From assembly GCA_040756415.1 (NCBI GenBank), contig JBFLYZ010000003.1:46943-110942 (forward strand): a stretch of 64,000 nucleotides of DNA, read 5' to 3'. The position numbers were made by a program, and so were the translations under genes. The notes beneath the pieces are model-generated. The model was not told the DNA's origin and searched no databases. It saw only the letters and a list, made by a program, of their open reading frames with translations. Positions 31,313 through 40,218 of the stretch are shown piece after piece (position 1 is the first letter of the stretch; every line of letters starts with the position of its first letter). This DNA comes from Bacteroidota bacterium. GTDB taxonomy: Bacteria; Bacteroidota; Bacteroidia; JADZBD01.

Positions 31313-32080
31313 ATGAGCATGGCACGCCTTTCGCACACCCTTGGCATTCTTTTGCTTTTCCTTCTTCTTTCCTGCAAAGGCGGGAAGCAACTGGTTGGGG
31401 TCGAAAGCAGCACCCTGGAGCTCAGCGGCACCGCCAATGCGGCCGAGGACAGCGCGGTGCTGAAGCTCATCCAGCCCTACAAGACCGTTATTGACAAGGA
31501 AATGAACGAGGTGCTCATCCAGAGCGACCAGCCGCTCACCAAAGGCGAACCCGAAGGCGCCCTGGGCAGCTTCATTGCCGATATCATCCTTTCGGAAGGC
31601 AACAAGCGCTATGGCGCCCGCTCCGGCCTGGCTGCCGATTTCTGCATGCTGAATAACGGGGGCCTGCGCATAGCCCTTCCGATGGGAGCCATCACCAAAG
31701 GACACATCTTCGAGCTGATGCCTTTCGAGAACGAGATCGTGGTCATTACGCTGAGCGGGGCCAAGACCAAAGACCTGCTCGACTATATAGCGGCCCGCAA
31801 CGGGGTTCCCGTGGCAGGGCTTAAAATGGGCATCAAGGATAAAGTACTGACCAAGGCCGAGATCAATGGCCAGCCTTTCGACCCCAACAAGAACTACCGC
31901 ATCATTACCTCCGATTACCTGGCAGGCGGAGGCGACAAAATGGGATTTTTCAAGGATGCCCAGATCGAAACGCTGAACTACAAGATACGCGATGCCATCA
32001 TTGATTATTTGCGGGAGGAGAGCAAAAAGGGCAAGAGCATAAGCTATACCGTTGACGGGAGGATCTACTATGAGCAGTAG
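31313..32080 (+). CDS. 5'-nucleotidase C-terminal (substrate-binding) domain lipoprotein
   Basis: Lipoprotein signal (LLLFLLLSCKGG) and a UshA C-terminal domain (GNKRYGARSG...GAITKGHIFELMPFENE). Confidence 0.8.
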   Translation: MSMARLSHTLGILLLFLLLSCKGGKQLVGVESSTLELSGTANAAEDSAVLKLIQPYKTVIDKEMNEVLIQSDQPLTKGEPEGALGSFIADIILSEGNKRYGARSGLAADFCMLNNGGLRIALPMGAITKGHIFELMPFENEIVVITLSGAKTKDLLDYIAARNGVPVAGLKMGIKDKVLTKAEINGQPFDPNKNYRIITSDYLAGGGDKMGFFKDAQIETLNYKIRDAIIDYLREESKKGKSISYTVDGRIYYEQ

Positions 32081-32993
32081 AAGGGAATTCATCCGGCAAT
32101 CGCTTTACGGGGGCGCGGGCTTCGCGCTGATGAACGCCTTTCCTTTCGATGCGCTGGCATCGGAGGATGTTACGCGCATCACCATCCTTCATACCAACGA
32201 TGTGCACAGCCGCATAGAGCCTTTCCCTCTTACCGACCCCAAATGGCCGGGGCTGGGCGGCATCGCCCGCAGGGCCGCCCTGATCAAAAAGATCCGTGAG
32301 CAGGAAAAGCACGTGCTGCTGCTTGACGCGGGCGATTTTTTCCAGGGCACTCCCTACTTCAACCTGTATGGCGGTGAGCTGGAGCTCAAGCTCATGAGCG
32401 AAATGGGCTACGATGCCGGCACGCTGGGCAACCACGATTTCGACAACGGCATCAGCGGCCTGGTCAAGCAGATGCCCCATGCCAGCTTCCCTTTCCTGTG
32501 CGCCAACTACGACTTTTCCGATACCGAACTGAACGGAAAAACCGTACCTTACAAAATATTCAAGAAGGACGACATACGCATCGGGGTCTTCGGCCTGGGC
32601 ATAGAGCTGGAGGGGCTGGTGGATAAAAAGATGTACGGCAGCACCCGGTACCTCGACCCGCTCGGGCAGGCTGCGCACTATGCCCACCTGCTGAAAAAGG
32701 ACGAGAAATGCGATCTGGTCGTTTGCCTCTCGCACCTCGGGTACAAGTACCAGGATAAGAAAGTTTCAGACGTAGACCTGGCCAAGCAATCGAAGAATAT
32801 CGACCTGATCCTGGGCGGCCATACGCATACGCTGCTCGAACAGCCGCTCGCCTACAGGAACAGCGACAACAAAGAGGTGCTGGTGGCGCAGGTAGGATGG
32901 GCGGGCATCCGGCTGGGGAAAATAGATTTTGTTTTCAAGAAAAAAAATAAAAAATTTCATTCTGAGGGAACATCTATAAAAATTTCGAAATAG
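32070..32993 (+). CDS. Calcineurin-like metallophosphatase (5'-nucleotidase N-terminal catalytic domain), Tat-signal
   Basis: Twin-arginine motif SRREFIRQ. Metallophosphatase motifs ILHTNDVHS and GNHDFD. Confidence 0.85.
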   Translation: MSSRREFIRQSLYGGAGFALMNAFPFDALASEDVTRITILHTNDVHSRIEPFPLTDPKWPGLGGIARRAALIKKIREQEKHVLLLDAGDFFQGTPYFNLYGGELELKLMSEMGYDAGTLGNHDFDNGISGLVKQMPHASFPFLCANYDFSDTELNGKTVPYKIFKKDDIRIGVFGLGIELEGLVDKKMYGSTRYLDPLGQAAHYAHLLKKDEKCDLVVCLSHLGYKYQDKKVSDVDLAKQSKNIDLILGGHTHTLLEQPLAYRNSDNKEVLVAQVGWAGIRLGKIDFVFKKKNKKFHSEGTSIKISK

Positions 32994-33147
32994 GCAAAAC
33001 TCAAAATGATTTTTTTTTGAAATTTTTTTCTTTAAAATTATTAGGAGAATTGATTTTCTTATCTATTTTAGCACAGTGATTGAGTGAAGGACGGTTTTTC
33101 AGAGGGGAAATTAAGATTAACGCATAAATACCGGGATAGCAATTAAA

Positions 33148-34578
33148 ATGGCAAAAGATCATTTAAAAGTTTGGGAAAATTGTCTGAGTATAGTTAAGGA
33201 CAATGTGAGTTCGCAAAGTTTTAAAACATGGTTCGAGCCGATCAAACCGATCAAACTTTCCGGCAACATTCTCACCATCCAGGTTCCCAGCCAGTTCTTT
33301 TATGAGTGGCTCGAGGAGCATTACATTACCTTGTTAAAGAAGACCATCCGCAAGGAGCTGGGAGCAGAAGGCAGGCTGGAGTACAGTATTATTATGGAGA
33401 ACGCCTATAATAATACGAAGCCGTACACGGTAAAGGTTCCCGCATCGAACAAAAAAGAGCTGAAGAACCCTTCGGTATCCATGCCGATCGAGATCAACAG
33501 CAACACCATCCGCAATCCCTTCATCATCCCCGGGCTGAAGAAGGTGAATGTGGAATCGCAGCTTAATGCCAATTATTCGTTCGATAATTTCGTGGAGGGC
33601 GATTGCAACCGCCTGGCCCGCTCAGCGGGATGGGCCGTGGCCCAGAAACCCGGAGGCACCTCTTTCAACCCCCTCTTTATCTATGGTGGCGTGGGCCTGG
33701 GCAAAACCCACCTGGCGCAGGCCATAGGCATCGAGATCAAAAAGAACTTCCCCGGCAAAACGGTACTATACGTTTCTTCCGAAAAGTTTACGCACCAGTT
33801 CATCGAATCCGTACGCAACAATAACCAGAACGACTTCATCCATTTTTACCAGATGATCGATATCCTGATCATCGATGATGTGCAGTTCTTTGCCGGAAAG
33901 GACAAGACCCAGGACGTGTTCTTTCACATATTCAACCACCTGCACCAAACCAATAAGCAACTGGTGCTGACCGCTGACAAGCCCCCCGTGGAAATGCAGG
34001 GCATGGAGCAGCGCCTGCTCTCCCGCTTCAAGTGGGGGCTATCGGCCGACCTGCAGGCTCCCGACCTGGAGACGCGGATCGCCATCCTGGAAAAGAAGAC
34101 CTACAATGAAGGAATCGAGCTGCCCAAAGAGGTGATCGAATACCTGGCCTACAGCATCACCACCAATGTGCGTGAGCTGGAAGGCGCCTATATTTCGCTC
34201 ATCGCGCAGGCATCGCTCAACAAAAAGGCCATCACCCTCGAGCTGGCCAAGCAAATGATCGATAAGTTCGTGAAGAACACGGCACGCGAGGTATCCATCG
34301 ATTACATCCAGAAAGTGGTGTGCGATTATTTCGACCTGCCGATCGAGCTGCTCAAGTCCAAAACGAGGAAGCGCGAAGTGGTGCAGGCCCGGCAGATCGC
34401 CATGTACTTCGCCAAGAACATGACCAAATCCTCCCTGGCAACCATCGGCATGCATTGCGGAGGAAAGGATCACGCCACGGTGCTTCACGCCTGCCGTACG
34501 GTGAACAACCTCATGGAAACCGATAAGCGCTTCCGCGCCTATATCGAAGAGCTGGAAAAGAAGATCAGCATCCAGTAA
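33148..34578 (+). CDS. dnaA: Chromosomal replication initiator protein DnaA
   Basis: Walker A GGVGLGKTHL, the AAA+ box, and C-terminal domain IV (KTRKREVVQARQIAMYF). Confidence 0.97.
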   Translation: MAKDHLKVWENCLSIVKDNVSSQSFKTWFEPIKPIKLSGNILTIQVPSQFFYEWLEEHYITLLKKTIRKELGAEGRLEYSIIMENAYNNTKPYTVKVPASNKKELKNPSVSMPIEINSNTIRNPFIIPGLKKVNVESQLNANYSFDNFVEGDCNRLARSAGWAVAQKPGGTSFNPLFIYGGVGLGKTHLAQAIGIEIKKNFPGKTVLYVSSEKFTHQFIESVRNNNQNDFIHFYQMIDILIIDDVQFFAGKDKTQDVFFHIFNHLHQTNKQLVLTADKPPVEMQGMEQRLLSRFKWGLSADLQAPDLETRIAILEKKTYNEGIELPKEVIEYLAYSITTNVRELEGAYISLIAQASLNKKAITLELAKQMIDKFVKNTAREVSIDYIQKVVCDYFDLPIELLKSKTRKREVVQARQIAMYFAKNMTKSSLATIGMHCGGKDHATVLHACRTVNNLMETDKRFRAYIEELEKKISIQ

Positions 34579-34597
34579 CAGGACATTCGTCCTGCAG

Positions 34598-34640
34598 GAA
34601 TAGGAATTAGAACATACGAAATCTAATTCCTATTTTTGTT
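34598..34640 (+). terminator. dnaA rho-independent terminator
   Basis: AATAGGAATTAGaacatacgaaatCTAATTCCTATT followed by TTTG. Confidence 0.7.
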
Positions 34641-34672
34641 TACCCCCGGTGCGGGGGCAAACCCGGAAACAT

Positions 34673-35161
34673 ATGCCGAAGAAGATATTAATGGTCTGCC
34701 TGGGCAATATCTGCCGCTCACCCGTGGCGGAAGGCATCCTGCGCAGGAAGGTGGAAAAAAGGGGGCTGGATGTGGTGGTCGACTCGGCCGGGACCTCCAA
34801 CTACCATATTGGCGAGTGCCCCGATAAGCGCTCCATCGACAGCGCGCGCAAGTACGGCATCGATATCTCCGGCCTCAGGGCCCGGCAGTTCTCCCATCTG
34901 GATTTTGACGAGTTCGACCGGATATACGTCATGGACAGCTCCAATTACGGGGATGTGATGGAACTGGCCCGCCATAAGCGCGACAGGCAGAAGGTAGAGC
35001 TTATTCTCAATGCGCTGTACCCCGACAGCAATATGTCGGTACCCGACCCGTACTACGGAGGGGAACAGGGTTTCGAAAACGTATTCATGCTGCTCGACCA
35101 GGCCTGCGAGATCATAGCCGATTCGCTGCAGAAAGCTTTAGCCGATGAGCTCAAAAGGTAA
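34673..35161 (+). CDS. Low-molecular-weight protein-tyrosine phosphatase
   Basis: P-loop CLGNICRSP and the DP motif. The ATG at 34673 was preferred over the GTG at 34649. Confidence 0.88.
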   Translation: MPKKILMVCLGNICRSPVAEGILRRKVEKRGLDVVVDSAGTSNYHIGECPDKRSIDSARKYGIDISGLRARQFSHLDFDEFDRIYVMDSSNYGDVMELARHKRDRQKVELILNALYPDSNMSVPDPYYGGEQGFENVFMLLDQACEIIADSLQKALADELKR

Positions 35162-35855
35162 GCTCTTCCTCATCCCCTCCCTGCTGGGCGATACCGGAAC
35201 GGAAAAGGCCATACCCCATTATGTGATCAATGTGCTGAACGGCATCGATGAATTCATCGTGGAGGATGAACGCACGGCCAGGCGTTTTCTGAAGAAAGCC
35301 GGTTATACGGGACCGCTGGACAAGCTGGTGCTGCACAGGCTGAACGAACATACCCGCAAAGAAGAGATCCCCTCCTTTCTCGCCTCGCTGGAGAACGGAA
35401 AGGATATAGGCCTGCTTTCAGACGCGGGCAGCCCGGGCATAGCTGACCCCGGTGCGGATGTGGTTAACCTTGCCCATAAGCGGCATATCCGGGTGGTTCC
35501 GCTTGTAGGAGCCTCTTCCCTGCTGCTTGCCCTGATGGCCTCGGGCTTCAACGGCCAGAGCTTTTGTTTTCACGGGTACCTGCCCAGGGATAGGGCGGAA
35601 CGAGCCCAGCGGCTGAAAGAACTCGAAAAGGATGCTTACCGCAAAGACCAGACCCAGCTCTTTATCGAGGCGCCTTACCGCAATAACCAATTGCTGGATG
35701 ACCTGTTGAAAAGCTGCGATGGAAAGACCCGCCTGTGCGTGGCCTGCGATCTTACCCTGCCTACGGAGCTGATACGCTCAGAAACCGTTTCTGAATGGAG
35801 GAAAAACGTCCCCGACCTGAACGACCGGCCCGCGGTATTCCTGATCTATAAATAG
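35145..35855 (+). CDS. SAM-dependent methyltransferase of the tetrapyrrole-methylase (RsmI-like) family
   Basis: 236 aa with motifs GSPGIADPGADVV and YRNNQLLDDL. It overlaps the LMW-PTP gene by 17 bp. Confidence 0.7.
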   Translation: MSSKGKLFLIPSLLGDTGTEKAIPHYVINVLNGIDEFIVEDERTARRFLKKAGYTGPLDKLVLHRLNEHTRKEEIPSFLASLENGKDIGLLSDAGSPGIADPGADVVNLAHKRHIRVVPLVGASSLLLALMASGFNGQSFCFHGYLPRDRAERAQRLKELEKDAYRKDQTQLFIEAPYRNNQLLDDLLKSCDGKTRLCVACDLTLPTELIRSETVSEWRKNVPDLNDRPAVFLIYK

Positions 35856-35857
35856 CC

Positions 35858-37018
35858 TTATTTTACTTCAACCAGCTCCACATCAAAAAGGAGCGTGGCC
35901 TTGGGAGGTATTTTAGCCTGGGGTTGCCCCATATCACCGTATCCTAGGTGGCTGGGTATGATAAACCTTATTTTATCGCCAACGTTCATGAGCGCAATAC
36001 CCTCTTCCCATCCCTTGATGATGGGGGTTTGCCCCAGCACGAACTCTATAGGCTGATCGCGCTCGATGGACGAGTCGAACACCATGCCATCGGTGAGAAA
36101 GCCCGTATAATGCACTTTAACCGTTTTGCCCGGGGCCGCCTGCGCGCCCCCCATGGCCTTGCTGACAACAATGTATTTGAGGCCGCTTGCCGTTGTGACG
36201 GTATCCTTGCCCTTTGTTTCGAAAGGCTTAACCACCTCGAGTATCTCCACATCGTAGATCACATCGGTCTTGGGCGGAATGGCCCCCTTCACCCCCTGCT
36301 CGCCAAAAGCCAGCATATAGGGAATGACCACGCGCGCCTTGCTGCCTTTCTTGAGCTTGAGCATGGCCTCATCCAGCCCTTTCAGTCCATTGCCTATCCT
36401 GTACCTGAAAGGCTTGTCCATATCGAAGGACGAGTTGAACATCTTTCCGTCAGGCAGGTAACCGCTGTAATTAATGGTCAGCAGATCGCCCGTACTGAGC
36501 TTTTCAGGGCCTTTGCCTTTCACCACTTCGATAAATTTTACCCCGCTGGGCAGCTTAACGGTATCCTTTTTTGCCACGTTGAAAGGCTGGGGCCCCTTTT
36601 TTACCTCCACGATCTCGACCTGGAACTTCAGGTTGGCGCCAGGAGGAATGGCGTAAGCACCGCTGGCGCCATAGGCCAGGGCGGCCGGCACGTAGATATT
36701 CGCCTTATCGCCCTGGCGCATCAGCTTTACCGCCTCCAGGTAACCGGGTATGGCCTGCCCCTCGCCTACCTTGAACGTAAAGGGCATGCCTGTTTTGTAG
36801 GTATCGTCAAATACGCTGTCGTTATCGAATTTGCCGATGTAATGGGTAGTCACCCGGTCGCCAGCCTGAACTTTTTCCCCTTTCCCCAGTTGTATGAAGG
36901 TATACTTCAGCCCCGATGAGGTGGTGTACTCCTTGTTCAGGACGGGTTTATCGCTCTGAGAGTAAACAGCCGAAACAAAAAGAACAGAAACAAAGCCGGG
37001 AAGAAGATATTTCATCAT
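35858..37018 (-). CDS. FKBP-type peptidyl-prolyl cis-trans isomerase with three FKBP domains (secreted)
   Basis: Signal peptide; three repeats carrying GxxVxxHYTGxxxDGxxFDSS...P and IPxxAxLxFxVELVEV motifs. Confidence 0.88.
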   Translation of the reverse strand: MMKYLLPGFVSVLFVSAVYSQSDKPVLNKEYTTSSGLKYTFIQLGKGEKVQAGDRVTTHYIGKFDNDSVFDDTYKTGMPFTFKVGEGQAIPGYLEAVKLMRQGDKANIYVPAALAYGASGAYAIPPGANLKFQVEIVEVKKGPQPFNVAKKDTVKLPSGVKFIEVVKGKGPEKLSTGDLLTINYSGYLPDGKMFNSSFDMDKPFRYRIGNGLKGLDEAMLKLKKGSKARVVIPYMLAFGEQGVKGAIPPKTDVIYDVEILEVVKPFETKGKDTVTTASGLKYIVVSKAMGGAQAAPGKTVKVHYTGFLTDGMVFDSSIERDQPIEFVLGQTPIIKGWEEGIALMNVGDKIRFIIPSHLGYGDMGQPQAKIPPKATLLFDVELVEVK

Positions 37019-37022
37019 AAAA

Positions 37023-37952
37023 TCAGTTTATTTTTATCACTTCAAATTCGTATATAAGGGGAGTATACGGCAAAATAATAAATTCTTTGGTCTGCTCATC
37101 TTGAAAGCCTTCAACGCCATAAGCAGCGGAAGACGGAATGACAACAGTCGCCTTCGTTCCGATCTTTGATTTAAGAATAGATTCTTCAAACCCTTTTATA
37201 GCTTCATTGTTTCCAATAGTAAAAATAAAGTACCCGCTTTGAAGCGAACTATCAAAAATAGTTCCATCCAGGAATTTCGCAACATAACTGACCGTAACTT
37301 TGTCCCCTTTAACAGGGAATGCGCCCTTGCCCTTTTTGTTTTCAATATAATAAGTGCCTGAAGGAGAGGGCTTCGCTTTAATATTATTCTTTGTTATATA
37401 CCCAGCTATAAGAAGCGGTTCTTCGCTCTTCCTTTGCTTATATTGTACCTCCAGACTTTTTATATACTCGGCATATAGGCTGTCATATTCAGCTTTTACT
37501 TCGGCCTTGCTGCGAATCTGCACCAGCTTGATATAAAAAGTGAGTATGGATCCTTTAGGATATATTTGGGTTGTATCCTCGGAGGGAAAGTACTTCAGTA
37601 CAGAATCAGCGCTAATAATGAAGCTGGCACTGTCGCCTACCGACATCATTAAGATGCCTTCTTCTAGGGCTCCCCTGAACCGCGCTTCTTCAATGTAGTA
37701 CTGAGCCAGGCCGCCTTCCGGATTCACCTTCCACGAATCGTAAATGACGGAATCGTTGAACTTATTAAGCAACGAAAGCACCACATAATCTCCGATTACG
37801 GGCCTATTATATGTTTCGGTGCTTTTACTGTAAAACCTATAATACAAACCCGTATTTGTCCTTTCGTAACCAGGATATTTAGTATTGGTCTGAGCTGACA
37901 AAAGATCAGCCGTTATCGCGAACAGCAGGATTATTGTCAACCAACGGATCAT
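37023..37952 (-). CDS. FKBP-type peptidyl-prolyl isomerase (secreted, N-terminal DUF domain + FKBP)
   Basis: C-terminal FKBP domain (GDKVTVSYVAKFLDGTIFDSS). The N-terminal domain is ~70% identical to that of the next gene. Confidence 0.85.
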   Translation of the reverse strand: MIRWLTIILLFAITADLLSAQTNTKYPGYERTNTGLYYRFYSKSTETYNRPVIGDYVVLSLLNKFNDSVIYDSWKVNPEGGLAQYYIEEARFRGALEEGILMMSVGDSASFIISADSVLKYFPSEDTTQIYPKGSILTFYIKLVQIRSKAEVKAEYDSLYAEYIKSLEVQYKQRKSEEPLLIAGYITKNNIKAKPSPSGTYYIENKKGKGAFPVKGDKVTVSYVAKFLDGTIFDSSLQSGYFIFTIGNNEAIKGFEESILKSKIGTKATVVIPSSAAYGVEGFQDEQTKEFIILPYTPLIYEFEVIKIN

Positions 37953-38884
37953 TTGCTGACCTCTACCAGCTCTATTTCGAACAGAAGCGGTGTAAAGGGC
38001 ATGATCATATACTGCCCGCTGTAGGGATCCTGCACGCCCGTTGAGTCGTAAGCCATAGAAGAAGGGATGAGCACCGTTGCCTTGCCGCCCGCCTTCATTT
38101 TCTGAAGCACTTCCACCCAGCCCGGGATAACGCCTTTCCCGGGGGTGCTGTCGACCATGAACTCCACCGGCTTGCCGGCATTCTCGGAGCTGTCGAATAT
38201 ATTCCCGTCCAGGAATTTGCCCGTATAGTTCACCAGCACCTTATCCCCTATCCTCGGTGAGGCCCCGCTTCCCTTGCGCTTTTCCTCGTAATAGATACCG
38301 CTGGCGGTAGGCTTCACCGTAACCTTGTTGGTCTTCAGGTATTCAGCAATCTGTTTCTTTTCTTCTTCCTTTCTTGCCTTGAACATCTCCGACTGGGCCT
38401 TCATGTATTCATTGTACAGGCTGTCGCGCTCGGCCTGCACTTCGGCCTTGCTGCGGATCTGCACCAGCTTGATGTTGAAGGTGAGCATGGAGCCTTTCGG
38501 GTAGATATCGGTCGAATCGTCTGAAGGGAAATACTTCAGCACCGAATCCGCGCTGATGATGAAGCTGGCGCTGTCGCCAACCGACATCATCATGAGGCCT
38601 TCTTCGAGAGCGCCCTTGAAGCGCGCTTCTTCAATGTAGTACTGGGCCACTCCCTTCTCGGGGTTCACCTTGCGCGAATCGTAAATGACCGAATCATTGA
38701 ACTTGTTGAGCAGCGAAAGCACCACGTAATCGCCAATCTGGGGCTTGGCCCCGTCTTCGCTCTTATAAAAGAATTTATAATGAAGGCCGTTCTCGTTCTC
38801 TTCATAGCCGGGAAAATTCTGCCCGCAGGAGCCCATCAGCACCAGGACGAAAGAGGCGGCCACTAAACCAATTGTCTTATTCAT
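37949..38884 (-). CDS. FKBP-type peptidyl-prolyl isomerase lipoprotein
   Basis: Lipobox LMGSC. FKBP domain GDKVLVNYTGKFLDGNIFDSS...IPGW. Confidence 0.85.
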   Translation of the reverse strand: MNKTIGLVAASFVLVLMGSCGQNFPGYEENENGLHYKFFYKSEDGAKPQIGDYVVLSLLNKFNDSVIYDSRKVNPEKGVAQYYIEEARFKGALEEGLMMMSVGDSASFIISADSVLKYFPSDDSTDIYPKGSMLTFNIKLVQIRSKAEVQAERDSLYNEYMKAQSEMFKARKEEEKKQIAEYLKTNKVTVKPTASGIYYEEKRKGSGASPRIGDKVLVNYTGKFLDGNIFDSSENAGKPVEFMVDSTPGKGVIPGWVEVLQKMKAGGKATVLIPSSMAYDSTGVQDPYSGQYMIMPFTPLLFEIELVEVSK

Positions 38885-39692
38885 TTGTTTCTACTTTTAG
38901 TAATTCAACTTCATAGATCAGGGTCGAAAACGGGGGTACGATACCGGTTGAAGAGCCCTGCCCGCCAAAAGCGAGATGCGAAGGTAGGATTATTTTCGAT
39001 TTCCCGCCCTCGCGCATGGTTCCCAGCAGCAGCTCCAGGCCCTCTACAACCTGCCCTTCGGCACCGTAGGTGAATTCGAGCGGATGCTTCACAGCGGCCG
39101 AGTCGAAACAGCGGCCGTTGAGGAAAAAACCCTTATAGCTCACCAGCACTTTACGGCCGGCCTTTACCCCGGGCCCCTTGCCTTCCTCCTTCGCCAGCAA
39201 AAAGGCGCCATTGCCCAGCGTATCGGGCCGCAGGCCATTCTCCCTGAGGTAGCGCTGCAGCCTGCGGTTCTCCTCCAGCTCGCCCAGCTCGGCCATTCTC
39301 TTCTGCTCCATCTCGTATTCCTGCTTCGTCATCACCTTCACGATTCGGATATCCGCCTTTATCTTCCACTTCTCGTTGATCACCGAGGCGCTGTCGCCTT
39401 CCGAAAAATAAACAAGGGCCCCGCTGAGCGGAAGATCATGGTTGGCCACATACTGAAAAATGGTGCTGCCATCGGGCGAGTTGGGCGTTTCCTGCAGCAG
39501 GCGGCCCGCGGAGTCGGTGTACTGGATAACGGCTTTTACGTAATCACCGTTCTTTATCTTCTTTTCCGTGTCCCCGAAACGGTGCAGCTTATAGAACAAC
39601 TGCGCCCCGGCATCGGTATAGCCGGGATGCTTTCCCTGCCCGCACGAAAGCAGGGCAAGGCACAGCAGAAACGTATACGGGCGGTAATCCAA
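38877..39692 (-). CDS. FKBP-type peptidyl-prolyl isomerase lipoprotein
   Basis: Lipobox LLSCGQG. C-terminal FKBP domain (RKVLVSYKGFFLNGRCFDS...VELLKV). Confidence 0.8.
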   Translation of the reverse strand: MDYRPYTFLLCLALLSCGQGKHPGYTDAGAQLFYKLHRFGDTEKKIKNGDYVKAVIQYTDSAGRLLQETPNSPDGSTIFQYVANHDLPLSGALVYFSEGDSASVINEKWKIKADIRIVKVMTKQEYEMEQKRMAELGELEENRRLQRYLRENGLRPDTLGNGAFLLAKEEGKGPGVKAGRKVLVSYKGFFLNGRCFDSAAVKHPLEFTYGAEGQVVEGLELLLGTMREGGKSKIILPSHLAFGGQGSSTGIVPPFSTLIYEVELLKVETNE

Positions 39693-39693
39693 T

Positions 39694-40218
39694 TCAGCGC
39701 AGGGATAAAAGTTCGATGTCGTAAATGATAACGGAGCGGGGCGGTATCTTATTGTAATCCCCCATCAGCCCGTGAGCCAGGTAAGAGGGGATAATGAAGC
39801 GGGCCTTGTCGCCAACCCGCATGAGCTGTACGCCCTCGTGTATGCCAGTCTCCACGTAATCCTCGCCAATCTTAAACTCCTTATACCCATCCGTTCTGGA
39901 GCTGTAGCATACCGTGCCGTCAAGCAAGGATATCTCGTAGCTGACCCTGGCGATCATTCCGGACTTTGCCTTTTCGCCATCGCCCTTTTCATAGATCTCG
40001 TACCGAAGCCCCGTACCGGTGGTGGTCATCTGCCATTTGCGCTGCAGCACATAGGCGTCTATCTCGTCCGACTCTTTTTTCTGCAGGTAGTTATTAACGT
40101 CTTCGAGCTTTTTCCTGGCCTGCTTCGCCTCTTTCTTGCTCAGGCGCGGTTTTTCACGCTCCTCACCGCAGCATATGAGCAGGCCCGACAGAGCAAGTAT
40201 GCAGATCAGCGTCCTCAT
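39694..40218 (-). CDS. FKBP-type peptidyl-prolyl isomerase lipoprotein
   Basis: Lipobox LICCGEE. FKBP domain (MIARVSYEISLLDGTVCYSS...IIYDIELLSL). Confidence 0.8.
   Translation of the reverse strand: MRTLICILALSGLLICCGEEREKPRLSKKEAKQARKKLEDVNNYLQKKESDEIDAYVLQRKWQMTTTGTGLRYEIYEKGDGEKAKSGMIARVSYEISLLDGTVCYSSRTDGYKEFKIGEDYVETGIHEGVQLMRVGDKARFIIPSYLAHGLMGDYNKIPPRSVIIYDIELLSLR

Noticed and set aside
30980-32735. Minus-strand ORFs 30980-32092 and 31998-32735, opposite the 5'-nucleotidase genes.
   Set aside because: Shadow ORFs.
32994-33147. oriC call for the AT-rich region upstream of dnaA.
   Set aside because: No convincing DnaA boxes, so I reported it only as an observation and not as a feature.
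35948-36919. 323-aa ORF antisense to the triple-FKBP gene.
   Set aside because: Shadow ORF.
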